DNA of 64,000 nt from a virus. A model generated the notes under the pieces. The model was not told the origin of the DNA and searched no databases. It saw only the letters and a list, made by a program, of their open reading frames with translations. A program made the position numbers and the translations under genes. Below, one piece after another: positions 39,346 through 49,177 of the stretch. Location: positions 27,508 to 91,507 of IMG/VR virus record IMGVR_UViG_3300043425_001634, one strand, 5' to 3'. How positions within the stretch are numbered: the stretch's first letter is position 1; each line of letters opens with the position of its first letter.

Positions 39346-40096
39346 ACATCATTGCCTCCTGTTTTATTTGCTGTTTTAAGTCGTGCAATTGCGCCGTTGT
39401 TTCCTCTTTACCCAGTTCAGCTTGTACAACTAGATTAGAGTCGGCAAAATTATTTATATTCTGGATTAACTTTTGCGTCTCGATAGCCGTTTCTTGCTCG
39501 ACTACTTGCCCGATCTGAGCCTGCGATACCAGCGCTTCTGTATATGACAAAGCAATGATTTGCAGCATAGATTCTGGTAGTACAAGAGATTTTTGCTTGT
39601 TTTCCTCTGTGGAAAAATAACTAACAACGATGCCCTTTTCCCCACCTTTCTTGGTAGTAATATCGTCCACTTCTGCTGCTAAAGCTAATTGAGTAGCGTT
39701 GGTTAGCAGTGATCGCATAAGCGCGGTTTGGACATCTTGACGATAGTTTGGGTGAGAAGGATCTTTGATTTGTTCCTCCACCTTTTCTCGGATTTCAATT
39801 CCCGCGTTTACGGTCGCCAACTGTTCCAGACCCCCGCCTTCAGTTGTGACAGGGCTTAAATTTGTTGTATTTAGCGATTCCAGGATCTCTCGATACTTAG
39901 CGGCCATTTCTTCCCTGGCTTGTTCGACAGCGGCTTCTTGCGGATCTGTTTCCGTTATTGGCAAGGATGGCGGCGGCTGCATTTGAGAGGCAAACCCTAT
40001 TGCCGCCAATCCCGCGAATCCTGCTTTCCACCACCATTCAGTTTCTTTGGTGAATGCCAAAGATAAAGGGTTTTCGGTAATTATTACAGCAGCCAT
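39305..40096 (-). CDS. membrane-anchored coiled-coil protein
   Basis: WWWKAGFAGLAAIGF TM followed by a helical region. Confidence 0.7.
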   Translation of the reverse strand: MAAVIITENPLSLAFTKETEWWWKAGFAGLAAIGFASQMQPPPSLPITETDPQEAAVEQAREEMAAKYREILESLNTTNLSPVTTEGGGLEQLATVNAGIEIREKVEEQIKDPSHPNYRQDVQTALMRSLLTNATQLALAAEVDDITTKKGGEKGIVVSYFSTEENKQKSLVLPESMLQIIALSYTEALVSQAQIGQVVEQETAIETQKLIQNINNFADSNLVVQAELGKEETTAQLHDLKQQIKQEAMMYVSPDGSVVNEDN

Positions 40097-40107
40097 ATTT
40101 TCCTCTC

Positions 40108-40359
40108 TTAAAATAAGTATGGATAAACAATTTCTGCTTCTACGGTTTGTTCCGACTCATAAGGATAAGTCCGGAACTTAGCCCGAATCTCACCTAAAAA
40201 GAAAAAGCCAAAGCTATTCACGACAGCGGCTATTTCAAAAAAGGATAGCCAAGGAATTAAAGATTTTAATCCCAGTGAAATGAATGTGAGCAAGCATAAA
40301 TCAATTGCTCGGTCTATGTTAGGATAGGTCAGTTTTTTTAAGAGTTTCATTGGTGACAA
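40108..40359 (-). CDS. small two-TM membrane protein
   Basis: Two hydrophobic segments. Confidence 0.55.
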   Translation of the reverse strand: MSPMKLLKKLTYPNIDRAIDLCLLTFISLGLKSLIPWLSFFEIAAVVNSFGFFFLGEIRAKFRTYPYESEQTVEAEIVYPYLF

Positions 40360-40512
40360 ACGCTCCTGAAGACAGTAAAGATAATGCTACTGGGAGTAGT
40401 GATTTAATCGAATTATTATTAATGTTTTGAGTCACTACTCCCAGCATTGCGGCAAAAGCAGAGATAATAGACAGTTGAATCAATTTATTCACTGTGTATC
40501 GCTTGCTTACTA

Positions 40513-41055
40513 TTAAAATAGTGTTGATTGTGGCAGCGATTTCGTCGCTAAGTTCTCCTGACCTTGAAGTAAGTGTTCGGTCGATTGTGTTTGGATTGGC
40601 ATCAGTTGACTCAACTTGGTGCTGAAGAACTTGTCCGTTCGCGACTTGGATTGATTGCTGAACTCCCCCATTGTTCTGGCCCAGACTTCGGTGGCAGTGA
40701 TTTGTGCTGCCACTGCTTGTATTTGCCCAAGGCGTGTGCCGAAATTTACTCCTTCTTGCACTGCGGCTTGAAGACTTCTTTCATAAAGCTGATCTGATAA
40801 GACTTTATTTTGTGCAGCAACTTGCTGTAGCTCCTCAAACGGATCTGCCGTTGCCTGTCCGATTTGATGGGACTTTTGGTGCTGAGATTGCTGGGATTGT
40901 TCCTGATGAGATTTTCTTGCATCAATCAATCCTTGAGCGATATCGTTAGGGATTTCCTCGGCATTAGGATCAATCCCAGAAAGTTGAGAGAGAATTTGAG
41001 TTAGAACTCGATCTGATTGCAGTCCTAGATTTTGCAGTAGTTCTTTTCTTTTCAT
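40513..41055 (-). CDS. Gln-rich helical protein with possible N-terminal HTH
   Basis: ATG at 41055 (MKRKELLQNLGL); first gene of the membrane operon. Confidence 0.65.
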   Translation of the reverse strand: MKRKELLQNLGLQSDRVLTQILSQLSGIDPNAEEIPNDIAQGLIDARKSHQEQSQQSQHQKSHQIGQATADPFEELQQVAAQNKVLSDQLYERSLQAAVQEGVNFGTRLGQIQAVAAQITATEVWARTMGEFSNQSKSRTDKFFSTKLSQLMPIQTQSTEHLLQGQENLATKSLPQSTLF

Positions 41056-41650
41056 TACCCTTGATCTCCTGTAGATAATCAAATTCGTTGATGATTTGTG
41101 ATTCGGTGTATCGGAGAACTCCGACATTTTTTAATATGTCTTCTTCGCTGGGCAGTTTCCTGTCTTTGTCACATTTAAACATTTCCCAGGAAAATGCTGG
41201 CTTGCTCAATAAAATTGATGTTTTTAACTTTTTGTGATTGATTTTATTGGTTCCAGGAAACCGAAAATATCTTCCTAAACATAGGGTTAAAAACCAAGCC
41301 AAATATCCGTCATCGTCCCAAGTATCTATTCTTTGATCTGCATAGATTAAAGAAACTTGTTTTAAGGATAGAACAATCGGGAAGTAATCATCGATTATTC
41401 GAGCAATCGCCCGAAAGTCTGTTTGATAAATTTTCGTTAACTGGCTTTTTGTTGGGACCGCCTCTTTTGTCGGAACCTGAATAAAGCCATCGCAAAAATC
41501 TACATAGCTAATATTTGAGTTCAATGTGCAATTTTTTATTTCCTCTTGCGCTTTACACAAACAACCATATTTCACGCACCAAAGGAATCGCAAGGGTTTT
41601 TCTACAAATGTCAAAAAATTTTGGTCGTAACGGGGATTAAGATTGCTCAA
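40970..41650 (-). CDS. hypothetical protein
   Basis: 226-aa ORF; 3' end overlaps the next gene. Confidence 0.5.
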   Translation of the reverse strand: MSNLNPRYDQNFLTFVEKPLRFLWCVKYGCLCKAQEEIKNCTLNSNISYVDFCDGFIQVPTKEAVPTKSQLTKIYQTDFRAIARIIDDYFPIVLSLKQVSLIYADQRIDTWDDDGYLAWFLTLCLGRYFRFPGTNKINHKKLKTSILLSKPAFSWEMFKCDKDRKLPSEEDILKNVGVLRYTESQIINEFDYLQEIKGNEKKRTTAKSRTAIRSSSNSNSLSTFWD

Positions 41651-41714
41651 AGTATTGAAACTTCATAAAACCCATTTAGACAAATGTCTAAATGCCCTTG
41701 ATCTTTTGGTTTGA

Positions 41715-42299
41715 TTGGCTAAAATAAAAAAAGAGTCCCCGGCTAGGAAATTGGGACCCAAGCCGGGGACTAGACCTATTACAGTCTTGATCGCCATGAT
41801 AACACAAAGATCGCATCTGGATATCTGGATGAAAAAAATATTCACTTTTGAATCTCAATTTCAGAACAGGGTCGTTGACCTTATGAGGGGCTACTGGCAA
41901 AGAGATAGTCGAGGGTTGCGTAAGGCCCTCAAGTCATCCGCTACGCTGCCACCTTGGTACAAAACCCTAAGCAAAAAAGTCTTGCCACCTTCTGAATTTA
42001 CTTTGCAGCAATTTATCGCTTGCTGGCCAGAGGATGGATGGAGCGAGGAAAATACCCAAAACAATCTAAGGATTTTGGCTGAATTGCTAGAATTAAAAGA
42101 GAGAGATGGTACTCCAAAAGATATTAAAACAGTGGTTGGCTCTTTGCAGCAAGACCTTAATCGCAATGGCAAGACTTTTGAGAATTGGCAAATTCCCTAT
42201 GAGAGGTTGTGTATATTGTGGGGAATCCACCGCGAACGAATTCTTCAAAAGTGGAGAGATGAAGAGGTCATCAACAAATTTGACGGACGAGTGGCTTAA
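41715..42299 (+). CDS. hypothetical protein
   Basis: 194-aa ORF; start uncertain. Confidence 0.55.
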   Translation: MAKIKKESPARKLGPKPGTRPITVLIAMITQRSHLDIWMKKIFTFESQFQNRVVDLMRGYWQRDSRGLRKALKSSATLPPWYKTLSKKVLPPSEFTLQQFIACWPEDGWSEENTQNNLRILAELLELKERDGTPKDIKTVVGSLQQDLNRNGKTFENWQIPYERLCILWGIHRERILQKWRDEEVINKFDGRVA

Positions 42300-42300
42300 G

Positions 42301-42767
42301 ATGAATCTAAGAACTAAAGAAATCAACGATATTTTTGAATTGATCAATACTGGCAACAATGTTTCTCTTATTGGAGCAAGCGGACATGGCAAAACATGGC
42401 TTCTTCGTCAAATCCATCAACTAGCAATCACTGGACTGATACTAGAACAAAGAACACCAATTTATTTGACCCTTCAAGCTGTTGAGAACGATCAAGAATT
42501 CTTTTCTTATTTGTGTAAGGATATCAACTGTTTCGACAACTACGGACAAAGCGTTTGTTGCTCTTAATAGATGAAGTTGATAAATTTTTGGAGGGCAATT
42601 TTTCAACAGAAATAGAAGACAAGCTTCGCTGCTTATCCGAAGAGCAAAACGCTCCAATTAAATTGATTTTAGCGTCAAGAAATTCTTTGGATTTGGTATT
42701 TGCACAAAGACAGGTTTCACCTCTTGTTAATATTTGTTTTCAGGTTGCCATTTCTCATTGGAGGTAA
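42301..42767 (+). pseudogene. truncated, frameshifted AAA ATPase fragment
   Basis: Walker A GASGHGKT in one frame and Walker B LLLIDEVD in another; ends after SPLVNIC. Confidence 0.65.
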
Positions 42768-42770
42768 AAG

Positions 42771-42968
42771 ATGTTGAACTTTGTCAAAATTAAGTCAGAA
42801 AATGGTAAAATCAAAAACATTGAACAGATCGGTATTGATCAATTCAGATTGACTTACGATAACGGAAGTCAAGAAATGATCAGACACCCTTTTTCTGTTG
42901 GTGTCGAGAAAGGGGTTAACGGATGGTACTGGAGAGTCGATACCCCGTTTATTGTTTATTTTCCTTAA
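42771..42968 (+). CDS. small hypothetical protein
   Basis: 65 aa with GGAGG RBS. Confidence 0.55.
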   Translation: MLNFVKIKSENGKIKNIEQIGIDQFRLTYDNGSQEMIRHPFSVGVEKGVNGWYWRVDTPFIVYFP

Positions 42969-42977
42969 CTTAAAGCC

Positions 42978-45278
42978 ATGAAATTTCCCTCATTGACTGG
43001 AGCGCCAGTTTTTTTTCGCACTTACTCAAGAAAGCTGAATGGAACCTTGGAATTAGAAACACCAGAAGAAACGATCGCACGTTCTCTGACGGGGACGGAT
43101 AGCGAAATTCTTACAGAGGAAGAAAGGCAACTTTCTTTGGAGTACGGGTTGAAATTGTATAGCCTGCCTTCGGGTCGCCGGTTGTGGTTTGGCGGCACGG
43201 AGAATAGCAAAAAACCAGAAAATGTTCCTGGGCTATATAACTGTAATTCCCTAGACCCAAGAACTCTAGGTTTAGATGTTTTTCGCCTATGCTTTGATCA
43301 CCTCATGCTGGGATGCGGTGTAGGAGTTGTGGTAGAGCGGGAAGCGATCGCGGCACTGCCCGCAATCAATAATTTGATTGAAGTTCAAATCGCCCGTCCC
43401 ATTCCTCAGAGAAAAGAATGGGAGTCTGCAATAAAAAAAGAGAATACTTTCATTTTATCAATTTCTGGGAGTCATTATCAAATAATTATTGGTGACTCTC
43501 GAAAAGGCTGGATTGATGCGTATATGGGATTGCTGGAAATTGCTATAAAACCAAAGCAGTCTCACCCAATTACTGTTGAATTTTTCTTTAATTTTGTGCG
43601 GCCTAAAGGAACTCCGATCAAGGGGTTTGGTGGCACTGCCAACCCATCTATGTTGCCTCAGCTATTTATTAAAATTGCAAAAATCCTTAATAAAGCATTT
43701 TTGCGAAAGCTGACATCAGTAGAGGTTTGTTTGCTTTTGGATGAACCGGCATCTGTGGTTGTGAGCGGCAATGTTCGTCGATCTGCGGGTATTCGGCAGG
43801 GAAGCGCCGAGGATTCGGGATTTGGCCAAGCAAAGCTGTATTTATGGCGTGAGGATGAGAATGGTAATTGGTCGATTGATCCAGAGAGAGACGCCCTCAG
43901 AATGGCAAATCACACACGAGTATTTCATCACAAACCCATGGAAGCAGAATGTATTGAAGCCGTTCAGCAACAATATTATTCGGGAGAAGGGGCGATTCAA
44001 TATGCTCCAGAGGCGATCGCCCGTGCGAATGCTGATATCCTGACCGATAACCAACTTAAGCATAATTTTTTAAGATACCTGGACGTTTACGGAGCCGAAG
44101 GATGCCGTAATTGGCTAAAATCTCGCCACCCAGAAATGAGCGATCAGGAAATAAATCACCGATTAAATCGGTATGCGCTGAATCCCTGCGCGGAAATAAT
44201 AGGATCGAATTTTTTTTGCAATTTGTCGGAGATTCATCTGAACCGACTGGCATTAGAATCAGAGGCAGTAATAGAAGAAGCTTTTCGGGTCGGCGCTATT
44301 AATGCCTGTCGGCAATTGACCCAAAAATTCCAACACCCCCAGCTACAGTACAGTCGGGAAATCGACCCTATTGTGGGCATAAGCTTTACCGGATTATTCG
44401 ACTTTTTTGTTGTCAAGTTTGGCGCAGACTATTTGCGATGGTGGAGCAAGGATCGGTGTTCTTCTTTCATATCCAACAACCCCGATGCACCTCAGTACAA
44501 TCTGGCGGTTTTTTTTCGTGATCAAGAGCGAATTTGGCTTACCAAATTTCGGCTGTGGGCGCAAAAGTACGTCTGGGATTTTTGCGATCGCCACGGGTTA
44601 AAACGTCCCAACCGTTACACCACCGTTCAACCCAGTGGCACTAAATCTCTTTTGACTGGAGCTTCTCCCGGTTGGCACCCCCCGAAAGCCACTCGTTATA
44701 TTAGGAGGATCACCTTCCGCAAAAACGATCCGGTAGCCTTAGCCTGCATTGACTATGGCTACAACGTCATCCCCTCCCAGTCCGATAAAGATGAAAACGG
44801 TCATCTACTTGACGATCCTTACGATTTTCGTTGCAACGAATGGTTGATTGAGATTCCTGTTAAAGTTGCCTGGGCAGAATTGGCAGATGAGGTGAATTTT
44901 TGTCCCAGCAAAATCAGTGCCTTGGCTCAATTTGATTTTGCTATGGGTGTGCAAAATTATTATAGTACGCACAATACCAGTGCGACGATTGAGCTAAGAG
45001 AGACAGAAATTAAGCCATTGGGAAAAAGAATTTTTCAGGCAATTAAAAAAGATGAGGGGTATGTATCTTTTGCTCTCCTTTCCCGCTTTGATGATCATCA
45101 AGCGTTTCCCCGATTGCCGTTTGAACCAATCTCAGAAGATACATATCGCGATCGCCTGAATCGAATTACTGCTACCGAAGAATATTTTGATCAACGAGTA
45201 CAATACCATCTAAGGACACAAGAGTTTGATTATCATGGACCTGCGCCATGTGATTCTGATAAGTGTCTGATTGGATAA
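42978..45278 (+). CDS. nrdJ: class II (adenosylcobalamin-dependent) ribonucleotide reductase
   Basis: RTYSR, PSGRRLW, YNC, GNVRRSA, NPCAEI, CNLSEI, TTVQPSGT, C-terminal CDSDKC. Confidence 0.93.
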   Translation: MKFPSLTGAPVFFRTYSRKLNGTLELETPEETIARSLTGTDSEILTEEERQLSLEYGLKLYSLPSGRRLWFGGTENSKKPENVPGLYNCNSLDPRTLGLDVFRLCFDHLMLGCGVGVVVEREAIAALPAINNLIEVQIARPIPQRKEWESAIKKENTFILSISGSHYQIIIGDSRKGWIDAYMGLLEIAIKPKQSHPITVEFFFNFVRPKGTPIKGFGGTANPSMLPQLFIKIAKILNKAFLRKLTSVEVCLLLDEPASVVVSGNVRRSAGIRQGSAEDSGFGQAKLYLWREDENGNWSIDPERDALRMANHTRVFHHKPMEAECIEAVQQQYYSGEGAIQYAPEAIARANADILTDNQLKHNFLRYLDVYGAEGCRNWLKSRHPEMSDQEINHRLNRYALNPCAEIIGSNFFCNLSEIHLNRLALESEAVIEEAFRVGAINACRQLTQKFQHPQLQYSREIDPIVGISFTGLFDFFVVKFGADYLRWWSKDRCSSFISNNPDAPQYNLAVFFRDQERIWLTKFRLWAQKYVWDFCDRHGLKRPNRYTTVQPSGTKSLLTGASPGWHPPKATRYIRRITFRKNDPVALACIDYGYNVIPSQSDKDENGHLLDDPYDFRCNEWLIEIPVKVAWAELADEVNFCPSKISALAQFDFAMGVQNYYSTHNTSATIELRETEIKPLGKRIFQAIKKDEGYVSFALLSRFDDHQAFPRLPFEPISEDTYRDRLNRITATEEYFDQRVQYHLRTQEFDYHGPAPCDSDKCLIG

Positions 45279-45300
45279 ATTATTGTTTTTCTTGAGAAAT

Positions 45301-45609
45301 ATGAATTTTGACACTTATCAGTCAATGGCGATTAAGACCGCTTTTTACCCGCACGGAGTCAATTATCCTGCTCTTGGTTTGGCAGGCGAAGTTGGGGAAG
45401 TAAGTGAATTGATTAAAAAATCAATTCGAGACAACGCGCCTCTTGATATTCAAAAGCTAAAGTTAGAACTGGGAGATGTTTTGTGGTACTTAGCTATTAT
45501 TGCCTCAGAGCATGGAATTTCGTTGTCTGATATAGCCATTGCCAACATTGAAAAGCTAAGAAACAGGCAAAAAAATAACACTTTATCTGGCAGCGGAGAT
45601 TATCGATAA
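45301..45609 (+). CDS. MazG-like nucleotide pyrophosphohydrolase
   Basis: YPALGLAGEVGEV...ELGDVLWY...NIEKL..R...GSGD. Confidence 0.9.
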   Translation: MNFDTYQSMAIKTAFYPHGVNYPALGLAGEVGEVSELIKKSIRDNAPLDIQKLKLELGDVLWYLAIIASEHGISLSDIAIANIEKLRNRQKNNTLSGSGDYR

Positions 45610-45734
45610 AGTGTTGACTTTGTGCTTTTGATTGGGTTACAATATAAAGGTTGTTTACCGAGAAAGAAGGTGACAGCAACCGGAGAATCAACCGACTACA
45701 AAAGAGTAGTCGGTTTTTTTTGCTTAAATAAGCA

Positions 45735-46232
45735 TTAATCCTTAATAGATTCATTTATCAAGATAACAATTTGTTTCATTAAGGATGCGCTAACAATACT
45801 TATTTTGATGTTGTTCCTTAACAACTCACAAATAACACTAATAAGTGTTCCGAAATCATCTCCGCACAGCAAGTCAAAATTGTGGCAATATTTTTCAACA
45901 ATAACTGTTAAAAGCGGCGCGAACCAATAGGTCGATGAGGTTATTTCTACCTCAATGTCGCCAAATTCTTCGGATGGTGATTCATAAGTCCATTCACAGC
46001 AGTCCAAGTCAAGAGAGTTGATTTTTTGTTCAATGATTCCAGTACCAGGCGAAACAAGCCTGTCACCGGGATCGGTGACAACGGAATAGCCGACGACTAA
46101 GGTGAATTCTAGGATTCGTCTGAGAAACGAATCGTTTGTATCCCAAGTATTTATCGACAGAGCCTTTAGGACTGGAGTCCAATATTTTTGATCTTCCGGG
46201 ATGCTGACAATTATTTTCATTTTTTTACCCAC
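45735..46232 (-). CDS. hypothetical protein
   Basis: 165-aa ORF. Confidence 0.6.
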   Translation of the reverse strand: MGKKMKIIVSIPEDQKYWTPVLKALSINTWDTNDSFLRRILEFTLVVGYSVVTDPGDRLVSPGTGIIEQKINSLDLDCCEWTYESPSEEFGDIEVEITSSTYWFAPLLTVIVEKYCHNFDLLCGDDFGTLISVICELLRNNIKISIVSASLMKQIVILINESIKD

Positions 46233-46282
46233 AAATCCTTGAACATTCGTAATATACTTTTTCTTGTGAAATCAGACTGGAA

Positions 46283-46654
46283 TTAGACAAACTTTTCTAC
46301 TTCAATTCGTGGGGAATTGTCCACCCTGCGGGGATTGGTTTCATCGGATTTCAGTCTTTTCACTTTCATTCCTACTTCTTCTAATCGTGTTGCAATGTGT
46401 TCAGCGACATTCTTTGTGTCATAAGCACCAGAAAACATGACCGTAAACCATACTTCTCCGGTAAGTTCAAACACTCTAAATCCAGGAATGGACTCCAATT
46501 CTTGAATTACGCTCATCCCTTCGTAACCGGGATGGTACACGAATTTTATGTCAATGGTATCACTAACATGAGTGATACCCACCGATACTGAATACTTGGG
46601 CTTTAGTAATGAAATGCTCATACAGCGGTTGAATTGCAACGACAACACCATCAT
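46283..46654 (-). CDS. hypothetical protein
   Basis: 123-aa ORF divergent from an HTH gene. Confidence 0.6.
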   Translation of the reverse strand: MMVLSLQFNRCMSISLLKPKYSVSVGITHVSDTIDIKFVYHPGYEGMSVIQELESIPGFRVFELTGEVWFTVMFSGAYDTKNVAEHIATRLEEVGMKVKRLKSDETNPRRVDNSPRIEVEKFV

Positions 46655-46749
46655 AGCTCACCTAATTTTAAATGTCAACAGGTAAACGTAAGTTACTTTA
46701 AATTTACTTGTGATATACTCAAGAATGACGCTAAAGGCAAAAGACTAAA

Positions 46750-46956
46750 ATGAAAATACGATGGATGTTGCGGCACGTTATGACAGACCGCAAGATTACC
46801 AGCATAGAACTCAGTAAACAAATCAACCGGCACCCTAACTCAGTTGGTTCTATGAAAAATTCCGACAAAATGCCCCGCATTAGCGGGGAGTTGCTGGAGG
46901 ATCTGTGCCAAGCGCTAAATTGCAAAGTCACGGACTTAATTAAGGAAGAGGAATGA
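46750..46956 (+). CDS. Cro/C1-type HTH regulator (HTH_26-like)
   Basis: IRWMLRHVMTDR...MPRISGELLEDLCQALNC.V.DLI. Confidence 0.85.
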   Translation: MKIRWMLRHVMTDRKITSIELSKQINRHPNSVGSMKNSDKMPRISGELLEDLCQALNCKVTDLIKEEE

Positions 46957-47019
46957 TGTCTCTTCACGGAAAAAATGCAATGATTTCATCAATGCACTAT
47001 ACGGATTCATTCCGGGTTA

Positions 47020-48666
47020 TTAGCCAACCAAAAAATCAAAAGCGACTGAGCGACCTGATCGCTTCGCCCATTCTAAAAATTGAGAGGTGCTATCCACTTG
47101 GTCTGCATATTGAGATTTAGGAAACTTGGTAATCTCGTTAAGATACTCGGTCAACCAATTTTCTTCTAGCTTTGGAAGGTGTACTAAGCCAGCCTCGATC
47201 ACCGGAGACTGAGCGGCAAGCCGAACCAGTTTATCCGCTGTTGGCCGAACTGGAATTATCGGGAATTTTAGTATTTCTTTTCTGCGTAAATCTTGAATAG
47301 CTGTTGTCCCGGTGCCCTTGTCCTCAATCAAGATCGCATCGGGATTATATTTTTGCGCCAAAATTTGAATTGCCCGAAGCCCTTCCGGGTATTCCAGAAA
47401 TTTACGGAAAACATTAATCAAGTAATATTCGCCGTTAATTTCACCCCAAGTTGTGCAGACCCAAGGGCAATTAGTTAACTCATTTCCTTTAGAAGCTGTG
47501 TCCCAAGACTGAGTGATTTTTTCAAAGCTTTCTGGTAAATTTTCATAAAAATTAAACCAAGAAGTTTTGATCATTCCACCACCAGCAGGCACAGGATTTT
47601 GTTGTTGTTGTGCCGCATAACCATAGCTGCCAAGTTCTTTTTTAAGTTTTTCGATTACTTCCCTGGTATAGCGATCGCCCCATAGTAATTCACCTGACTC
47701 CTTGCGATGATCCGACCAAATAGAAGTAGAACAATGTCGTGCTGGGTCATATTCGGTCGCCAAGCAAAGGTGCTCAAATTTTTCATTTTCCAGCAAATAT
47801 CCGGCCAAGTCATTTTCGTGCAATCGCTGCATGATAATTACTTTTGCCACTGTGCTTGGGTCATTGCCTCGCGTTGACATTTCTTGGCTCCACCAATCAA
47901 TCACGGCATTTCGCATTGTGTCAGATTCGGCATCCCCCGCTTTGATTGGGTCATCTACCACGATATAGTCCCCACCCTTTCCTGTTGCAGCACCACCAAC
48001 AGAGGTCGCAACCCGGCACCCGGCATTAGTATTTTCAAAAGTTAATTTTTCATTTTGATCTGAGCAAATTCTTACTTCATACCGGGTCTGATACCAATCA
48101 CTTTGAATCAATCTGCGACATTTTATCGAAAAGAGATTCGATAAGCTTTGTGCGTAAGAACTAAACAGCCATTTTGAAGATGGATTGACTTCCCCCCACT
48201 CCCAGCATGGCCACATAACAGAAACCAAGGTACTTTTGCCGTGCCGGGGCGGAATATTAATAATTAAATTTCTAATTTCTCTTTTGCTTACCGCTTCTAA
48301 ATGGTCGCAAATTACGTCGATATGCCAATTTCCTTGATATGGAACTCCTGGCTCTACAATAGGCCAAGCTTCTTGTACAAATTTTTTCAAAGATAATTTT
48401 TTTGCCGCATTGAATTTTTCTTTAAATCGCTGCTTAAAGAAAAATTCAATCATAAATTGATCGTAGGATTCAGCCCTTTTTTGCCAACCAAACCGCCAGT
48501 AAAGATTATTCCAGTATTCAAAGTTGAACGATCGAGCAGATAATTGCCACGCCTTCAGCAGTGTACGATCTAGCCCAAGATCGCGATATTGACAAAAACA
48601 CATATATTCTACTGCTGTTTCATCCCCCAGTTTATCCCATGCCGCCATTTTATTCCGCTCCCTCAT
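47020..48666 (-). CDS. terL: terminase large subunit
   Basis: INIPPRHGKS, IVVDDP.K, IMQRLHENDL, QSWDTA, IEDK..G, DQVDSTSQ. Confidence 0.95.
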   Translation of the reverse strand: MRERNKMAAWDKLGDETAVEYMCFCQYRDLGLDRTLLKAWQLSARSFNFEYWNNLYWRFGWQKRAESYDQFMIEFFFKQRFKEKFNAAKKLSLKKFVQEAWPIVEPGVPYQGNWHIDVICDHLEAVSKREIRNLIINIPPRHGKSTLVSVMWPCWEWGEVNPSSKWLFSSYAQSLSNLFSIKCRRLIQSDWYQTRYEVRICSDQNEKLTFENTNAGCRVATSVGGAATGKGGDYIVVDDPIKAGDAESDTMRNAVIDWWSQEMSTRGNDPSTVAKVIIMQRLHENDLAGYLLENEKFEHLCLATEYDPARHCSTSIWSDHRKESGELLWGDRYTREVIEKLKKELGSYGYAAQQQQNPVPAGGGMIKTSWFNFYENLPESFEKITQSWDTASKGNELTNCPWVCTTWGEINGEYYLINVFRKFLEYPEGLRAIQILAQKYNPDAILIEDKGTGTTAIQDLRRKEILKFPIIPVRPTADKLVRLAAQSPVIEAGLVHLPKLEENWLTEYLNEITKFPKSQYADQVDSTSQFLEWAKRSGRSVAFDFLVG

Positions 48667-49132
48667 CCATTGAGTCTAGGGGTTGGGCAGACTTTAATTG
48701 AAGATACATTTCCTCCGCTTTCTGCCAGTATCTTTCGGCAATCGCTTCCGTGTTTTGAACGATCGCAATTTGCGGATCTTTTGTCAGCCCCAATAATCGA
48801 TTTTCGTCGGCAACCGTTCGCCGAATTAGGTCTAAAGTTTTACTGGCTTGACTCTGATTATTTTGCATTTGAATGTAATACAGTGACCACGCTTCTCTCT
48901 CGATCGCTTGAAGCTTTATTAACTGATTATTATAGGTTTCCTCAACGCTTCTATTAAGTGCATGAATAGCACTTATTTGGTCATAGCGGCGGATCAGAGT
49001 GTGAATATTTCTGTAGGTAGTTCCCAGAATTTGGGCAACTTCCAGATAACTTTTTTGCTGAACTCGAATTAATTCACCTACTAATCGGCATTCGTCGTCT
49101 AATTCTTCTTGTGGGCGAGATGGGCGGGGCAT
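48650..49132 (-). CDS. probable terminase small subunit
   Basis: N-terminal HTH (SYLEVAQILG); helical; directly upstream of terL. Confidence 0.7.
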   Translation of the reverse strand: MPRPSRPQEELDDECRLVGELIRVQQKSYLEVAQILGTTYRNIHTLIRRYDQISAIHALNRSVEETYNNQLIKLQAIEREAWSLYYIQMQNNQSQASKTLDLIRRTVADENRLLGLTKDPQIAIVQNTEAIAERYWQKAEEMYLQLKSAQPLDSMDEGAE

Positions 49133-49177
49133 ATTCTATACTAAGAGAATGAGGATCGTTATCATTCTAATTCTAAT

